Source: an uncultured Gammaproteobacteria bacterium
GTDB lineage: Bacteria > Pseudomonadota > Gammaproteobacteria > Steroidobacterales > UBA11654
Assembly (NCBI GenBank): GCA_902553145.1
Contig: CACDKD010000003.1
Location: 2,168-66,167 of the forward strand
Reading direction: 5' to 3'
Length of the DNA stretch: 64,000 nt
This document shows, piece after piece, positions 37,494 through 47,011 of this stretch. The first letter of the stretch is position 1, and the number at the start of each line of letters is the position of its first letter. Made by a program: the position numbers and the translations under genes. The notes under the pieces are model-generated. The model was not told the origin of the DNA. It worked only from the letters and a program-made list of their open reading frames with translations, and did no database searches.

Positions 37494-38666
37494 TCAGATT
37501 TCAACAGTGCTCGGATCATAGTAAAACAAGCCCAGCTCTTCTTCGTTTTTATGATCCTCTTTGGAATAATCATCCGGCGTTTTGCCGGTGAATCGCATGC
37601 CTGCTTTTTTTGAATTTTCAGTCACGAAATGAGCCCTTTCTATTCTCGCTTTTTGATAACGATCAACTATTTCCTTTTGACTCCCAGAGTCGGCTATTAT
37701 TCTCGAGATAACCACACCGTCTTCAATGGCCATACTGGCGCCTTGTCCCATGAATGGCTCAAGGGGATGTGCAGCGTCTCCTAAAAGTGTCGAATACTCT
37801 GATGACCAGTTATCCGATGGTGCTCGTGCAAAAATTCCCCACTTAAATAACTCATCCTTAGGGGTGGCAGCGATGATATTTTTTACCTGATTGTTGTAGT
37901 CAGAGAAAATTTCACTCACGATTTCAATATCAGATGGGATTGCCCATCCTTCCTCAGCCCATTCATCGGTCACGAGAAATGCTGCATAATTATAAAGTTC
38001 ACCATTTCTGACAAGATATCTTGCGAACACTCTTCCTGGAGCAATAAAGGCAGACGAACCGCATTCGTCAAAATCCTCTTCTGAAAGCTCTGCTGTAGGA
38101 ACAAGTCCGCGCCAAGCTACGTATCCGGCAAATTCCGGATCATCGTCTCCGATGATAATGCTTCTGACCGTTGATCGGTTTCCGTCTGCCCCGATGACAA
38201 AATCGAATTCATATGCGTCCTTATCATTAAACGTCAGCTCAACATGTCCATTTCTTTCAACAAGCCCTGTGAGTTTATGATTTACATACACTTGACTGTC
38301 TGGATAAGCATTCATGGCGCCAATGAATAAATTGTGAACATCGGCGCGATGAGCCTGAAACTGATATGCACCGTATTTTTGCATCATCTTCTCGCCCCTT
38401 TCCAATGGCACTATTACCTCACCAGTCTCGTAATGCCTAACGCCTTGATTGGTGTGAGCCATTCCAACAGACTTGATGCCTTCACCAAGATTCAAATAGT
38501 TCAAACCTTTTGTAGCATTGGGAGTGATTGTCAAACCTGCACCGACTTCAGATAATTCTGGAGCTTGTTCAAATACACTTACTTTGAAGCCGCTCTGAGC
38601 GAGACCCAGTGCAGCACTCATGCCTCCAATTCCGGCTCCTATGATTGCAATATTTAACTTGGACAT
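37494..38666 (-). CDS. FAD-dependent aromatic monooxygenase (salicylate / 3-hydroxybenzoate hydroxylase-like)
   Basis: IAIIGAGIGGMSAALGL (GxGxxG), the DG motif GADGNRS, and GDAAHPLEPFMGQGASMAIEDG. Confidence 0.85.
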   Translation of the reverse strand: MSKLNIAIIGAGIGGMSAALGLAQSGFKVSVFEQAPELSEVGAGLTITPNATKGLNYLNLGEGIKSVGMAHTNQGVRHYETGEVIVPLERGEKMMQKYGAYQFQAHRADVHNLFIGAMNAYPDSQVYVNHKLTGLVERNGHVELTFNDKDAYEFDFVIGADGNRSTVRSIIIGDDDPEFAGYVAWRGLVPTAELSEEDFDECGSSAFIAPGRVFARYLVRNGELYNYAAFLVTDEWAEEGWAIPSDIEIVSEIFSDYNNQVKNIIAATPKDELFKWGIFARAPSDNWSSEYSTLLGDAAHPLEPFMGQGASMAIEDGVVISRIIADSGSQKEIVDRYQKARIERAHFVTENSKKAGMRFTGKTPDDYSKEDHKNEEELGLFYYDPSTVEI

Positions 38667-38828
38667 CTTATAAATTCCTTCTTTCTAGAGATTGATCTTA
38701 CTATTGATGCCGAAAAGATAACAACTGTCTGTAAAATGATCTCCACAATTAAATCATTGTTTTTAGAATTGATTGCTTCATAATTACAAAAAAAATTCAC
38801 ATAGCACAACAAATAGGGGAGTTTCAGA

Positions 38829-39800
38829 GTGGCCAATGTGATGTTTATATTTCCTGGTCAAGGATCGCAATATAAAGGCATGGGCAAAGATTTGGTTGAG
38901 AAATCAAAGAGTGCTCAAGAAGTATATGAAAGAGCCTCTTCGGTTTTGGGTTATGACATCTCTGAATTGTCATTCAACGACAAGCATAATGAAATCAATC
39001 TCACAAAGTTCACTCAACCTGTTTTGATGACACATCAAATTGCTTGCTATGAATATTTCTCAGAATTATCTGATAATGATCCAAACCCAATGCTCCTTGC
39101 AGGCCATAGCCTTGGTGAATATACTGCCCTAGTTATTTCTGGAAGCATCAGTTTTGAAGAAGGTTTAGAGTTGGTGAGCGAGAGAGGCAGGCTGATGAGT
39201 GAGCACGGCTCTGGATCGATGTTGGCAATGCCTTTTATGAAAGAGGAAACAGAGAATATCATTAACCAATCTAATTGCGAGGTAGCCACAGTCAATCAAA
39301 TGAAACAAACCGTGGTTGGAGGAAGCGATGAGGATATTGCGGAGTTAGAAAACAAGCTCTTAAAAGATTATCCCAGAAAAAAGTCAATCAAGCTCAAAAC
39401 CGAGGGTGCATTTCACACGAGCTTGATGATGAAGGCAGCTGACGAGTTTAAGGAGTGTCTCGTTGAAACTGAATTTAAAGAAATGAATGCGCCAGTGCTA
39501 TCTAATTTTTCATCGGAGCCTCATAATATTGATGGAAGCAAAAGCCAAGAATTGCTTTATAATCAATTATTTAAACCAGTAAATTGGTTGGGATGCATGC
39601 AGACTGCTTCAAGAATGGAAATCGAGATAATCATTGAATTTGGAGGAGGAATAGGTGAAGGAACTTCTCCCAATGAAAAAAGACCTAATCTCGAGGGCAT
39701 AACAAAAAAGAATTTTAGGAATTTAAAAAGTGAAGTCATTTATTTACCCGCAATTAATGCATCTACAATAGAGGAATCCTCGAAATCAAATTATCAATGA
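38829..39800 (+). CDS. Malonyl-CoA:ACP transacylase-like acyltransferase (FabD family), outside a fab cluster
   Basis: FPGQGSQYKGMG and GHSLGEY. The GTG start has AGGGGAG 7 nt upstream. The C-terminal roughly 60 aa look divergent from canonical FabD. Confidence 0.8.
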   Translation: MANVMFIFPGQGSQYKGMGKDLVEKSKSAQEVYERASSVLGYDISELSFNDKHNEINLTKFTQPVLMTHQIACYEYFSELSDNDPNPMLLAGHSLGEYTALVISGSISFEEGLELVSERGRLMSEHGSGSMLAMPFMKEETENIINQSNCEVATVNQMKQTVVGGSDEDIAELENKLLKDYPRKKSIKLKTEGAFHTSLMMKAADEFKECLVETEFKEMNAPVLSNFSSEPHNIDGSKSQELLYNQLFKPVNWLGCMQTASRMEIEIIIEFGGGIGEGTSPNEKRPNLEGITKKNFRNLKSEVIYLPAINASTIEESSKSNYQ

Positions 39801-42112
39801 AACAGTCTATAAAAATATTCTTACTGGCTTTGGCTTTTTGTCCAATCATTTTGAGTGCTGAAATTCTCATAGATGGAAAATTAGATGAAGAAGAGTGGAA
39901 AGTTGCACAAAACATTGATGAATTCGTTGTCATTAATCCATTCAGTTTAGACACTCCTGATCTGGATACTAGGGTTTTGATTCATTCCGATGAGAAAGGC
40001 ATTTACTTTGGTTTTATTAACTCTCAAACCCCTGAAACAAGAGACCGAAGAAGGCACGCTAGAGATGGCCTTAGGGAGACCCATGACAGAAATTTTGTCG
40101 TTGTTGATCTGGATAATACCGGCAATACTGCATACATGTTAGGGGTTGCTCTTGGCGGATCTGTTCTCGATTACACCATTACTAATGAGAAGCAACTCGA
40201 CGGAGATTGGGATGGCGAGTGGTTTGCTGCAATATCTGAAAATGAAGAAAACTGGTATTCAGAATTCTTTATTCCCTGGAATATGGCACCGATGAATAAA
40301 CAAGAGGGCGACTCACGAACCATTGGGGTAAGTGTCGCAAGAATGATTCAGCACCTAGGAATAACGATTGGATTCCCTGGAATTTCTTATTCGAGATCTG
40401 AGTTTCTCTCGGTTCTTAATAAAGTTGAAGTTGTACAAGCCAATCCTAAAAGCCTTGATTTCTTCCCATATACAGTTGCAAACAATGATTTCATTAACGA
40501 TGAATCAACATTTGATGCTGGAACTGAGGTTATATATAACACTGGAGCAGGAGGGGAACTAGTTGCAACGATTAATCCAGATTTTGGTCAAGTTGAGAGC
40601 GATAATGTTGTCATTAACTATTCACCGAGAGAGACTTTTTATTCTGACAAGCGGCCATTTTTTACTCAGAGTCAGTCTATTTTCGATATTGAGCTTGATT
40701 GGTATCCAGGTTTTGAGCTGTATTCAATTCTTCACACAAGAAGAATAGGAGCAAGGCCACTGTATGATTGCAGCCAATATTCTGAATCAGAAGGCGGAAG
40801 CGATGATTTAGAAGATCAATGCAATGCGAGCAAGGTAAATACAAACGACATCGACATGGCATTTAAATTTACTCAAAGAGGTGAGTCGACTGATTTTGGA
40901 GCATTTGCAACGTTTGAAAAAGATGAGGATTTTAGTGAAGGCAGTAATTTTTATGCTTTTAGGACCATTCATAATGTTGGAAAACACAGAATAGGACACA
41001 TGGCAACCCACGCAGATAAGGCATTCATTGATAGACAAGCAACTGTAAATACAATCGATTATCAGTATTTATCTGACAACGGTCTGAAAATAGAACACAT
41101 CAATATGTTTTCGAATATTTCAGACGAAGACAGTGGTTTTGGCTCAAGGACAATGGCCATGCATAGGCCAAATAAAGAATGGAGATATGGCGCAGAGATT
41201 TACTATTTCAGTGATGATTTGAATATCAATGACATGGGATATTTGTGGAGAAATGATCTGATGGCTTATGGCGCAACACTCGGCTATACAAGGACAGATT
41301 TTGAAGATCAATCGATTTCAAAAAGCAGAAGTTACAATATTGATTATTGGGATCAGAACAATGCAGAACATGAAAACTTAGAACAATTTTATAGCTTTAG
41401 TTTTTCACAACGCTTTAAAAGCACATCTAACATCTTCATTCAGTCAAATATCAGCTCAAAAGGAAAGGACGATGAAATCACACAAGGCAGCCAGATTTCA
41501 CCTTTTTTAAGAACAGGAAACGGTGGAAATATAGATTTTGATTACAGGAGTCCACAATACGGACCTTGGAAATACTCAATTGGATTTGGAGTCGAGAGAA
41601 AAAACTATTATGCCTTCACGGATAGGAGGCGAAGTGCTTCTATTGGCATTGGATATAATCCAAGAGACAACGTTAGAACTTGGCTCAGAATGAATCATAG
41701 GAATCGATCAAACTGGACGATCAGAACCGGCGAAGACCTGTATGGGACTTTTTCACAAAAAAGACTTGGCTTAAATACAGGGGTTACTTGGTATCGCACC
41801 GAGAAGGAAGAGTTCACTATTAAAATTGAATTGGTTTCATTCAGAAATCAACAAGGACAATCTTGGCAGATTGATGACAATGGTTATTTCAAAAAATCTG
41901 ACTTACCCGCAGACAGCATCAACCTCGGAAGCCTCGCATTTCAGGTGAGATACAGGTATGAAATTGCACCTCTATCAAATATTTACTTTGTATACACAAG
42001 AGGCGGAAGCGTTTTCTTTGATGACGAAGCCACAGACTCAACCATATTCACTGATACTTGGGATGAGCCACAAGGCAATAGGTTTGCTGCCAAAATAAGG
42101 TACAGATTCTAG
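39797..42112 (+). CDS. Large secreted outer-membrane beta-barrel-like protein (CBM9-like N-terminus plus DUF5916-like body)
   Basis: Signal peptide MKQSIKIFLLALAFCPIILSAE, and an N-terminal IDGKLDEEEW..A. The body has alternating beta-strand-like sequence rich in Y/G/N/D and ends in ...IRYRF, a C-terminal aromatic. ATGA overlap with the FabD-like gene. Confidence 0.55.
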   Translation: MKQSIKIFLLALAFCPIILSAEILIDGKLDEEEWKVAQNIDEFVVINPFSLDTPDLDTRVLIHSDEKGIYFGFINSQTPETRDRRRHARDGLRETHDRNFVVVDLDNTGNTAYMLGVALGGSVLDYTITNEKQLDGDWDGEWFAAISENEENWYSEFFIPWNMAPMNKQEGDSRTIGVSVARMIQHLGITIGFPGISYSRSEFLSVLNKVEVVQANPKSLDFFPYTVANNDFINDESTFDAGTEVIYNTGAGGELVATINPDFGQVESDNVVINYSPRETFYSDKRPFFTQSQSIFDIELDWYPGFELYSILHTRRIGARPLYDCSQYSESEGGSDDLEDQCNASKVNTNDIDMAFKFTQRGESTDFGAFATFEKDEDFSEGSNFYAFRTIHNVGKHRIGHMATHADKAFIDRQATVNTIDYQYLSDNGLKIEHINMFSNISDEDSGFGSRTMAMHRPNKEWRYGAEIYYFSDDLNINDMGYLWRNDLMAYGATLGYTRTDFEDQSISKSRSYNIDYWDQNNAEHENLEQFYSFSFSQRFKSTSNIFIQSNISSKGKDDEITQGSQISPFLRTGNGGNIDFDYRSPQYGPWKYSIGFGVERKNYYAFTDRRRSASIGIGYNPRDNVRTWLRMNHRNRSNWTIRTGEDLYGTFSQKRLGLNTGVTWYRTEKEEFTIKIELVSFRNQQGQSWQIDDNGYFKKSDLPADSINLGSLAFQVRYRYEIAPLSNIYFVYTRGGSVFFDDEATDSTIFTDTWDEPQGNRFAAKIRYRF

Positions 42113-42517
42113 TTACTTTTGTTCTATTTCAATTAGCGTCCCGCAGAAATCCTTGGGATGAAGAAATAAAACAGGCTTATCATGAGCTCCAATCGATGGC
42201 TCACCGCTACCCAAAATTGTCGCACCGTCGGCAATTAATTTATCCCTCGATGCATAGATATCGTCAACTTCATAGCAAATATGATGCATGCCTCCTTTGG
42301 GATTTTTTAATAGATAGTTTTGAATGGGCGAATCGTCTCCAAGAGGTTCCAATAGCTCAATCTTCGTATTGGGCAATTCAATAAACACAGTTGTGACTCC
42401 ATGCTCTGGCATTGGCACTGGCTCAGAGACATTGGCACCGAGGGTGTCCCTATAGATTTTACTTGCAGACTCTAGATCCGGAACCGCGATGGCTATGTGA
42501 TTGAGTTTTCCTATCAT
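42113..42517 (-). CDS. mce: Methylmalonyl-CoA epimerase (VOC/glyoxalase fold)
   Basis: 134 aa. LNHIAIAVPDLE...HHICYEV...G.R..FLHPKDF.G.L.E. It is the last gene of the methylmalonyl pathway operon. Confidence 0.85.
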   Translation of the reverse strand: MIGKLNHIAIAVPDLESASKIYRDTLGANVSEPVPMPEHGVTTVFIELPNTKIELLEPLGDDSPIQNYLLKNPKGGMHHICYEVDDIYASRDKLIADGATILGSGEPSIGAHDKPVLFLHPKDFCGTLIEIEQK

Positions 42518-43494
42518 GATGTTTTTTTAAAATTAAAAATAGATTTTATCCAAAGAGAAAATTTTTTCAGCAGTTGTTTATCACTTTCCATGATATTTCT
42601 TTCAATCTCATCCAAGATTTCATCCTTTGAGTCTAGCAACGAGAGGATTTGATTCTTTTTCTTTCTTTTGACCCACTTCTCATCTTGCGACGATCTATTT
42701 TCTTCGAATATTTTGAGCTCATGTAAGTGATTTTTGAGTTTCATAATTTCATTCCAGACCTCTTCAATACCCTTGGATTCAAGAGCAGAAATAGATAACA
42801 CGGGCACAGACCAATCTTGATGCCTTGCCTTTTGCAGTTTCAAGGCGTTCTTATAATCCAAAACTGTACTTCTGGCAGTGGCTTCTAAACTCCCATCTGC
42901 TTTATTAACTATAAGAATATCTGCAAGTTCAATGATGCCTCTTTTTATTCCTTGCAATTCATCTCCTCCTCCAGGACTTAGGAGTACCAAATATATGTCT
43001 GTCATATCAAGGACATCTATTTCTGCCTGACCCACTCCAAGCGTTTCTATTAAGATCACGGAATATCCCGCCGCTTCCAGGATTTGAATAGAATCTTTTG
43101 TTGCATGACCAACCCCGCCAAGATTTCCGCCCGATGGAGAAGGGCGGATAAATGTCTGATCGCTTTTGCTCAAAAAATCCATCCTTGTTTTGTCCCCTAA
43201 AATAGAACCGCCAGTGATGGACGAACTCGGGTCAACGGCAAGTATAGCCAAATGCTCACTTTGAGAGATGATTGTTTGGCCGATGGTTTCGATGAATGTC
43301 GATTTTCCTACACCTGGTGGTCCAGATATCCCGATTCTGAGCGATGTTTTTTTGGTTTCTGGAAGCGAACCAAGTAATTGATCGGCAAGTTTTTGGTCTT
43401 CGGGTTTTGTTGACTCAACGAGTGTTATGGCTTTCGCTATCGATTTTCTATCGCGTTTTTTTATTTGCGAGAGCAACTCACTGATTGAATCCAT
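42514..43494 (-). CDS. meaB: Methylmalonyl-CoA mutase-associated GTPase MeaB/ArgK
   Basis: P-loop GPPGVGKST, ETLGVGQ and the NKADG (NKxD) motif. Confidence 0.9.
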   Translation of the reverse strand: MDSISELLSQIKKRDRKSIAKAITLVESTKPEDQKLADQLLGSLPETKKTSLRIGISGPPGVGKSTFIETIGQTIISQSEHLAILAVDPSSSITGGSILGDKTRMDFLSKSDQTFIRPSPSGGNLGGVGHATKDSIQILEAAGYSVILIETLGVGQAEIDVLDMTDIYLVLLSPGGGDELQGIKRGIIELADILIVNKADGSLEATARSTVLDYKNALKLQKARHQDWSVPVLSISALESKGIEEVWNEIMKLKNHLHELKIFEENRSSQDEKWVKRKKKNQILSLLDSKDEILDEIERNIMESDKQLLKKFSLWIKSIFNFKKTS

Positions 43495-43500
43495 TTTAAC

Positions 43501-45465
43501 TTAGTCCTCAAACTCCAGAATTTTTTGGTCCACCGATAGATTATCGCCTTCTGAACCCAATATCGATTTAATTTTAAGATCTTTAGAAGCTCTGAGACTG
43601 TTTTCCATCTTCATGGCTTCAACCACCGCAAGCTCTTCTCCTGCTTTTACTTCTTGCCCCTCGTTCACGCAGACTTTTATCAATAGTCCTGGCATTGGAG
43701 AGAGTAAAAATTTAGACATGTCTTGTGGAATCTTCTTTGGCATTAATTCATTAAGATCCGCCAATCTCTGTTCGGATATCAATGCCAATGCAACCTTGCC
43801 TTTATGGACTAGTTCGTATCTGGGCAATCTTTTTCTGATCTGCAAGACCATTTTCTGGTCATCGATCGAACAGATAACTCTTGGATCATTTGATTGCATG
43901 CTCAGGGACAAATGGTATTGATTGTTGTTTATCTGAACCAAGAAACCATCCCCATCTTTTTGTATGATGTTGTCGATGCGCTTATCTTCAAATTTAATGA
44001 CATACTTTTTTTCATTCTCATAAAAAGGATCTAGCTTCATTTGGTCCAACATATAACAGCCGCTCAATATCGATGCATAAATCTCATATTCTTTCTCATT
44101 GATGGCCTCTCCTTGGAATCCATCCGAGTATTCTTGTTCGATAAAATCTGTGGTCGTATACCCAGAACGAAATGTCTTATTTTGCATGATTGAGCTTAGA
44201 AAATTTAGGTTGTGAGACAAGCCATCGATGACGTATTGGTCTATTGCATTAGTCATATTCTCAATCGCTGAGTCTCTGTTTTCTCCATGAGTGATTAATT
44301 TTGCAATCATCGGATCATAAAACATTGATACTTCGCTGCCTTCTCTGATTCCAGTGTCTACTCTGACCGTTTTCGTATGTTCAGGAGTTAGATATTTCGA
44401 TAATCTTCCAATGGAAGGCATGAAGTCACGATAAGGATCCTCGGCATATACTCGTGATTCAATTGCCCAGCCGTTGGTTGTTATGTCACTCTGCTTGATT
44501 TCAAGCTCTTCACCAAAGGCTATTTTTATCATTTGTTCTACCAAATCAATTCCCGTAACCATCTCTGTTACTGGATGCTCAACCTGCAATCTTGTATTCA
44601 TCTCTAAGAAATAAAAATTTTGATCTTTATCCACGATGAACTCAACGGTTCCTGCAGACTCATAATCCACTGCTTTGGCAAGTGCGATGGCCTGTCTGCC
44701 CATTTCTTGTCTTGTTTGATCATTGATAAATGGAGAAGGAGCTTCTTCAATAACTTTTTGATGCCTTCTTTGGATTGAGCATTCCCTTTCTCCCAAAAAG
44801 ATGGCGTTGCTCTTTTTATCTGCAAGAATTTGTATCTCAATGTGATGAGGTTCTGTTATAAATTTTTCAGCAAAGATTCTGTCATCACCAAAGCTTGCTT
44901 GGCTCTCATTTTTTGCTCTTGTAAAACCATCGATGCATTCATCGTCGTTTCGAACTACTCTCATTCCTTTCCCGCCACCGCCAGCGCTAGCTTTGAGCAT
45001 CACTGGATAGCCGATTTCTTTTGCTATTTCTACGGCTTCTTTTTCATCTTTGATGGCCTTGGTGTACCCAGGAATTACATTCACATTTGCTTCTTCAGCA
45101 ATCTTTTTTGATTTAATTTTATCGCCCATGCTCACAATTGCTTTGCGATTGGGGCCAATGAAAGCAATTTTATTTTTTTCCAATGCTTTTGCAAATTCCT
45201 CATTTTCAGAAAGAAAGCCATAACCTGGATGAACTGCATCGGCTTTGGATTCCTTGCAAGCAGCAATGATTTTTTCTATGACGAGATAGCTTTCTGAGGA
45301 GCTAGATCCACCGATGGAGATGGCTTCATCAGCAAGATCAGCATGCAAGGCGCTTTCGTCTGCATCAGAGTAAATTGCGACAGTTTTGATGCCCATTTTT
45401 TTGCAGGTATGAATAACTCTACAAGCTATTTCTCCGCGATTTGCGATCAAGATTTTCTTAAACAT
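43501..45465 (-). CDS. pccA: Propionyl-CoA carboxylase alpha subunit (biotin carboxylase plus biotinyl carrier domain)
   Basis: MFKKILIANRGEIACRVI, an ATP-grasp region, and the C-terminal EAMKMEN biotinylation motif. Confidence 0.9.
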   Translation of the reverse strand: MFKKILIANRGEIACRVIHTCKKMGIKTVAIYSDADESALHADLADEAISIGGSSSSESYLVIEKIIAACKESKADAVHPGYGFLSENEEFAKALEKNKIAFIGPNRKAIVSMGDKIKSKKIAEEANVNVIPGYTKAIKDEKEAVEIAKEIGYPVMLKASAGGGGKGMRVVRNDDECIDGFTRAKNESQASFGDDRIFAEKFITEPHHIEIQILADKKSNAIFLGERECSIQRRHQKVIEEAPSPFINDQTRQEMGRQAIALAKAVDYESAGTVEFIVDKDQNFYFLEMNTRLQVEHPVTEMVTGIDLVEQMIKIAFGEELEIKQSDITTNGWAIESRVYAEDPYRDFMPSIGRLSKYLTPEHTKTVRVDTGIREGSEVSMFYDPMIAKLITHGENRDSAIENMTNAIDQYVIDGLSHNLNFLSSIMQNKTFRSGYTTTDFIEQEYSDGFQGEAINEKEYEIYASILSGCYMLDQMKLDPFYENEKKYVIKFEDKRIDNIIQKDGDGFLVQINNNQYHLSLSMQSNDPRVICSIDDQKMVLQIRKRLPRYELVHKGKVALALISEQRLADLNELMPKKIPQDMSKFLLSPMPGLLIKVCVNEGQEVKAGEELAVVEAMKMENSLRASKDLKIKSILGSEGDNLSVDQKILEFED

Positions 45466-45473
45466 AGGTCTTC

Positions 45474-47006
45474 CTAGAGTGGGATATTGTCGTGCTTACG
45501 CCAGGGGTTTTCCTGTTGCTTATTCTTAAGCATTTCGAATGACTCGATTAATTTTTTCCTAGAATTGTTCGGCATGATTACATCATCGATGTATCCTCTG
45601 CTTGCCGCTATAAACGGATTGGCAAATTTTTCAGTATATTCTTGTGTTCGTTTTTCAATCTTTTTGTCGTCTCCAATATCCTGTCTGAAAATAATTTCAA
45701 CCGCGCCTTTAGGTCCCATCACTGCTATTTCTGCCGAAGGCCATGCAAAATTGATATCGCCTCCAATGTGTTTTGAACTCATGACATCATAAGCCCCTCC
45801 GTATGCTTTTCGGGTAATCAAAGTCACTTTAGGAACGGTTGCTTCAGCATATGCAAAGAGGAGTTTTGCTCCATGCTTAATGATTCCTCCATATTCCTGG
45901 GAAGTTCCTGGCATAAAGCCTGGAACATCAACCAAGGTTAAGATTGGAATGTTAAAGGCGTCACAGAACCTGACAAAACGTGCAGCCTTGATGGAGGAAT
46001 TGATATCAAGACAACCTGCCAGCACCAAAGGTTGATTCGCTACCACTCCGATGCTTGACCCATTGAGCCGAATAAAACCAGTCACAATATTTTGTGCATA
46101 CTTCGGTTGGAGTTCAAAGAAATCACCATCGTCGGCCACCTTATGAATAACTTCCTTAATATCGTATGGTTTGGAAGGATCTTGAGGCACCAATGTATCG
46201 AGTGCTGATTCTTCTCGGTCTATCGAATCATTGCATTCAATAGTCTCTGGATATTCCTGATTGCTTTGTGGAAGATAGCTCATGAATTCTCTTGTCATTA
46301 GGAGTGCATCTCTGTCGTTCTCAAATGTTAAATCTGCAACTCCAGATTTTTGACTGTGTGTCGATGCTCCCCCGAGTTCCTCAGCCGTGACTTCCTCATG
46401 CGTGACCGTTTTTACAACGTCTGGTCCTGTAACAAACATGTACGAGCTGTCTTCGATCATGAATATGAAGTCAGTCATTGAAGGCGAATAGACCGCGCCT
46501 CCTGCACATGGACCCATAACAAGTGAAATCTGTGGAATGACTCCGGATGCAAGCACATTTCTTTTGAAGACTTCAGCGTAACCGCCGAGAGAAACAACTC
46601 CTTCTTGAATCCTTGCTCCACCAGAATCATTTAGTCCGATCAAGGGCGCACCATTCCTGACTGCGTGATCCATGATCTTGCAGATCTTCTCGGCATGGGT
46701 TTCGGAAAGCGAACCACCGAAGACGGTAAAGTCTTGACTGAAAACATAAACCAGTTTGCCATTGATCTTCCCATACCCGGTTACGACTCCATCACCTGGG
46801 ATCTTTTGTTTGTCCATGTCAAAGTCAACTGCCCTATGCTCAACAAACATGTCGAGTTCTTGAAACGATCCTTCATCCAAGAGAATTTCAAGTCTCTCTC
46901 TGGCAGTCAGCTTGCCTTTGGCATGCTGTTTCTTTATTCGTTCTTCACCGCCACCTAATTTGGCAGCAGCTTTTTTTCTTTCAAGTTCTTTAATATTTTC
47001 TTTCAT
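45474..47006 (-). CDS. pccB: Propionyl-CoA carboxylase beta subunit (carboxyltransferase)
   Basis: 510 aa. [22 protein letters not shown] and a duplicated crotonase-like carboxyltransferase pattern ([17 protein letters not shown]). Confidence 0.92.
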   Translation of the reverse strand: MKENIKELERKKAAAKLGGGEERIKKQHAKGKLTARERLEILLDEGSFQELDMFVEHRAVDFDMDKQKIPGDGVVTGYGKINGKLVYVFSQDFTVFGGSLSETHAEKICKIMDHAVRNGAPLIGLNDSGGARIQEGVVSLGGYAEVFKRNVLASGVIPQISLVMGPCAGGAVYSPSMTDFIFMIEDSSYMFVTGPDVVKTVTHEEVTAEELGGASTHSQKSGVADLTFENDRDALLMTREFMSYLPQSNQEYPETIECNDSIDREESALDTLVPQDPSKPYDIKEVIHKVADDGDFFELQPKYAQNIVTGFIRLNGSSIGVVANQPLVLAGCLDINSSIKAARFVRFCDAFNIPILTLVDVPGFMPGTSQEYGGIIKHGAKLLFAYAEATVPKVTLITRKAYGGAYDVMSSKHIGGDINFAWPSAEIAVMGPKGAVEIIFRQDIGDDKKIEKRTQEYTEKFANPFIAASRGYIDDVIMPNNSRKKLIESFEMLKNKQQENPWRKHDNIPL

Positions 47007-47011
47007 ATTTT

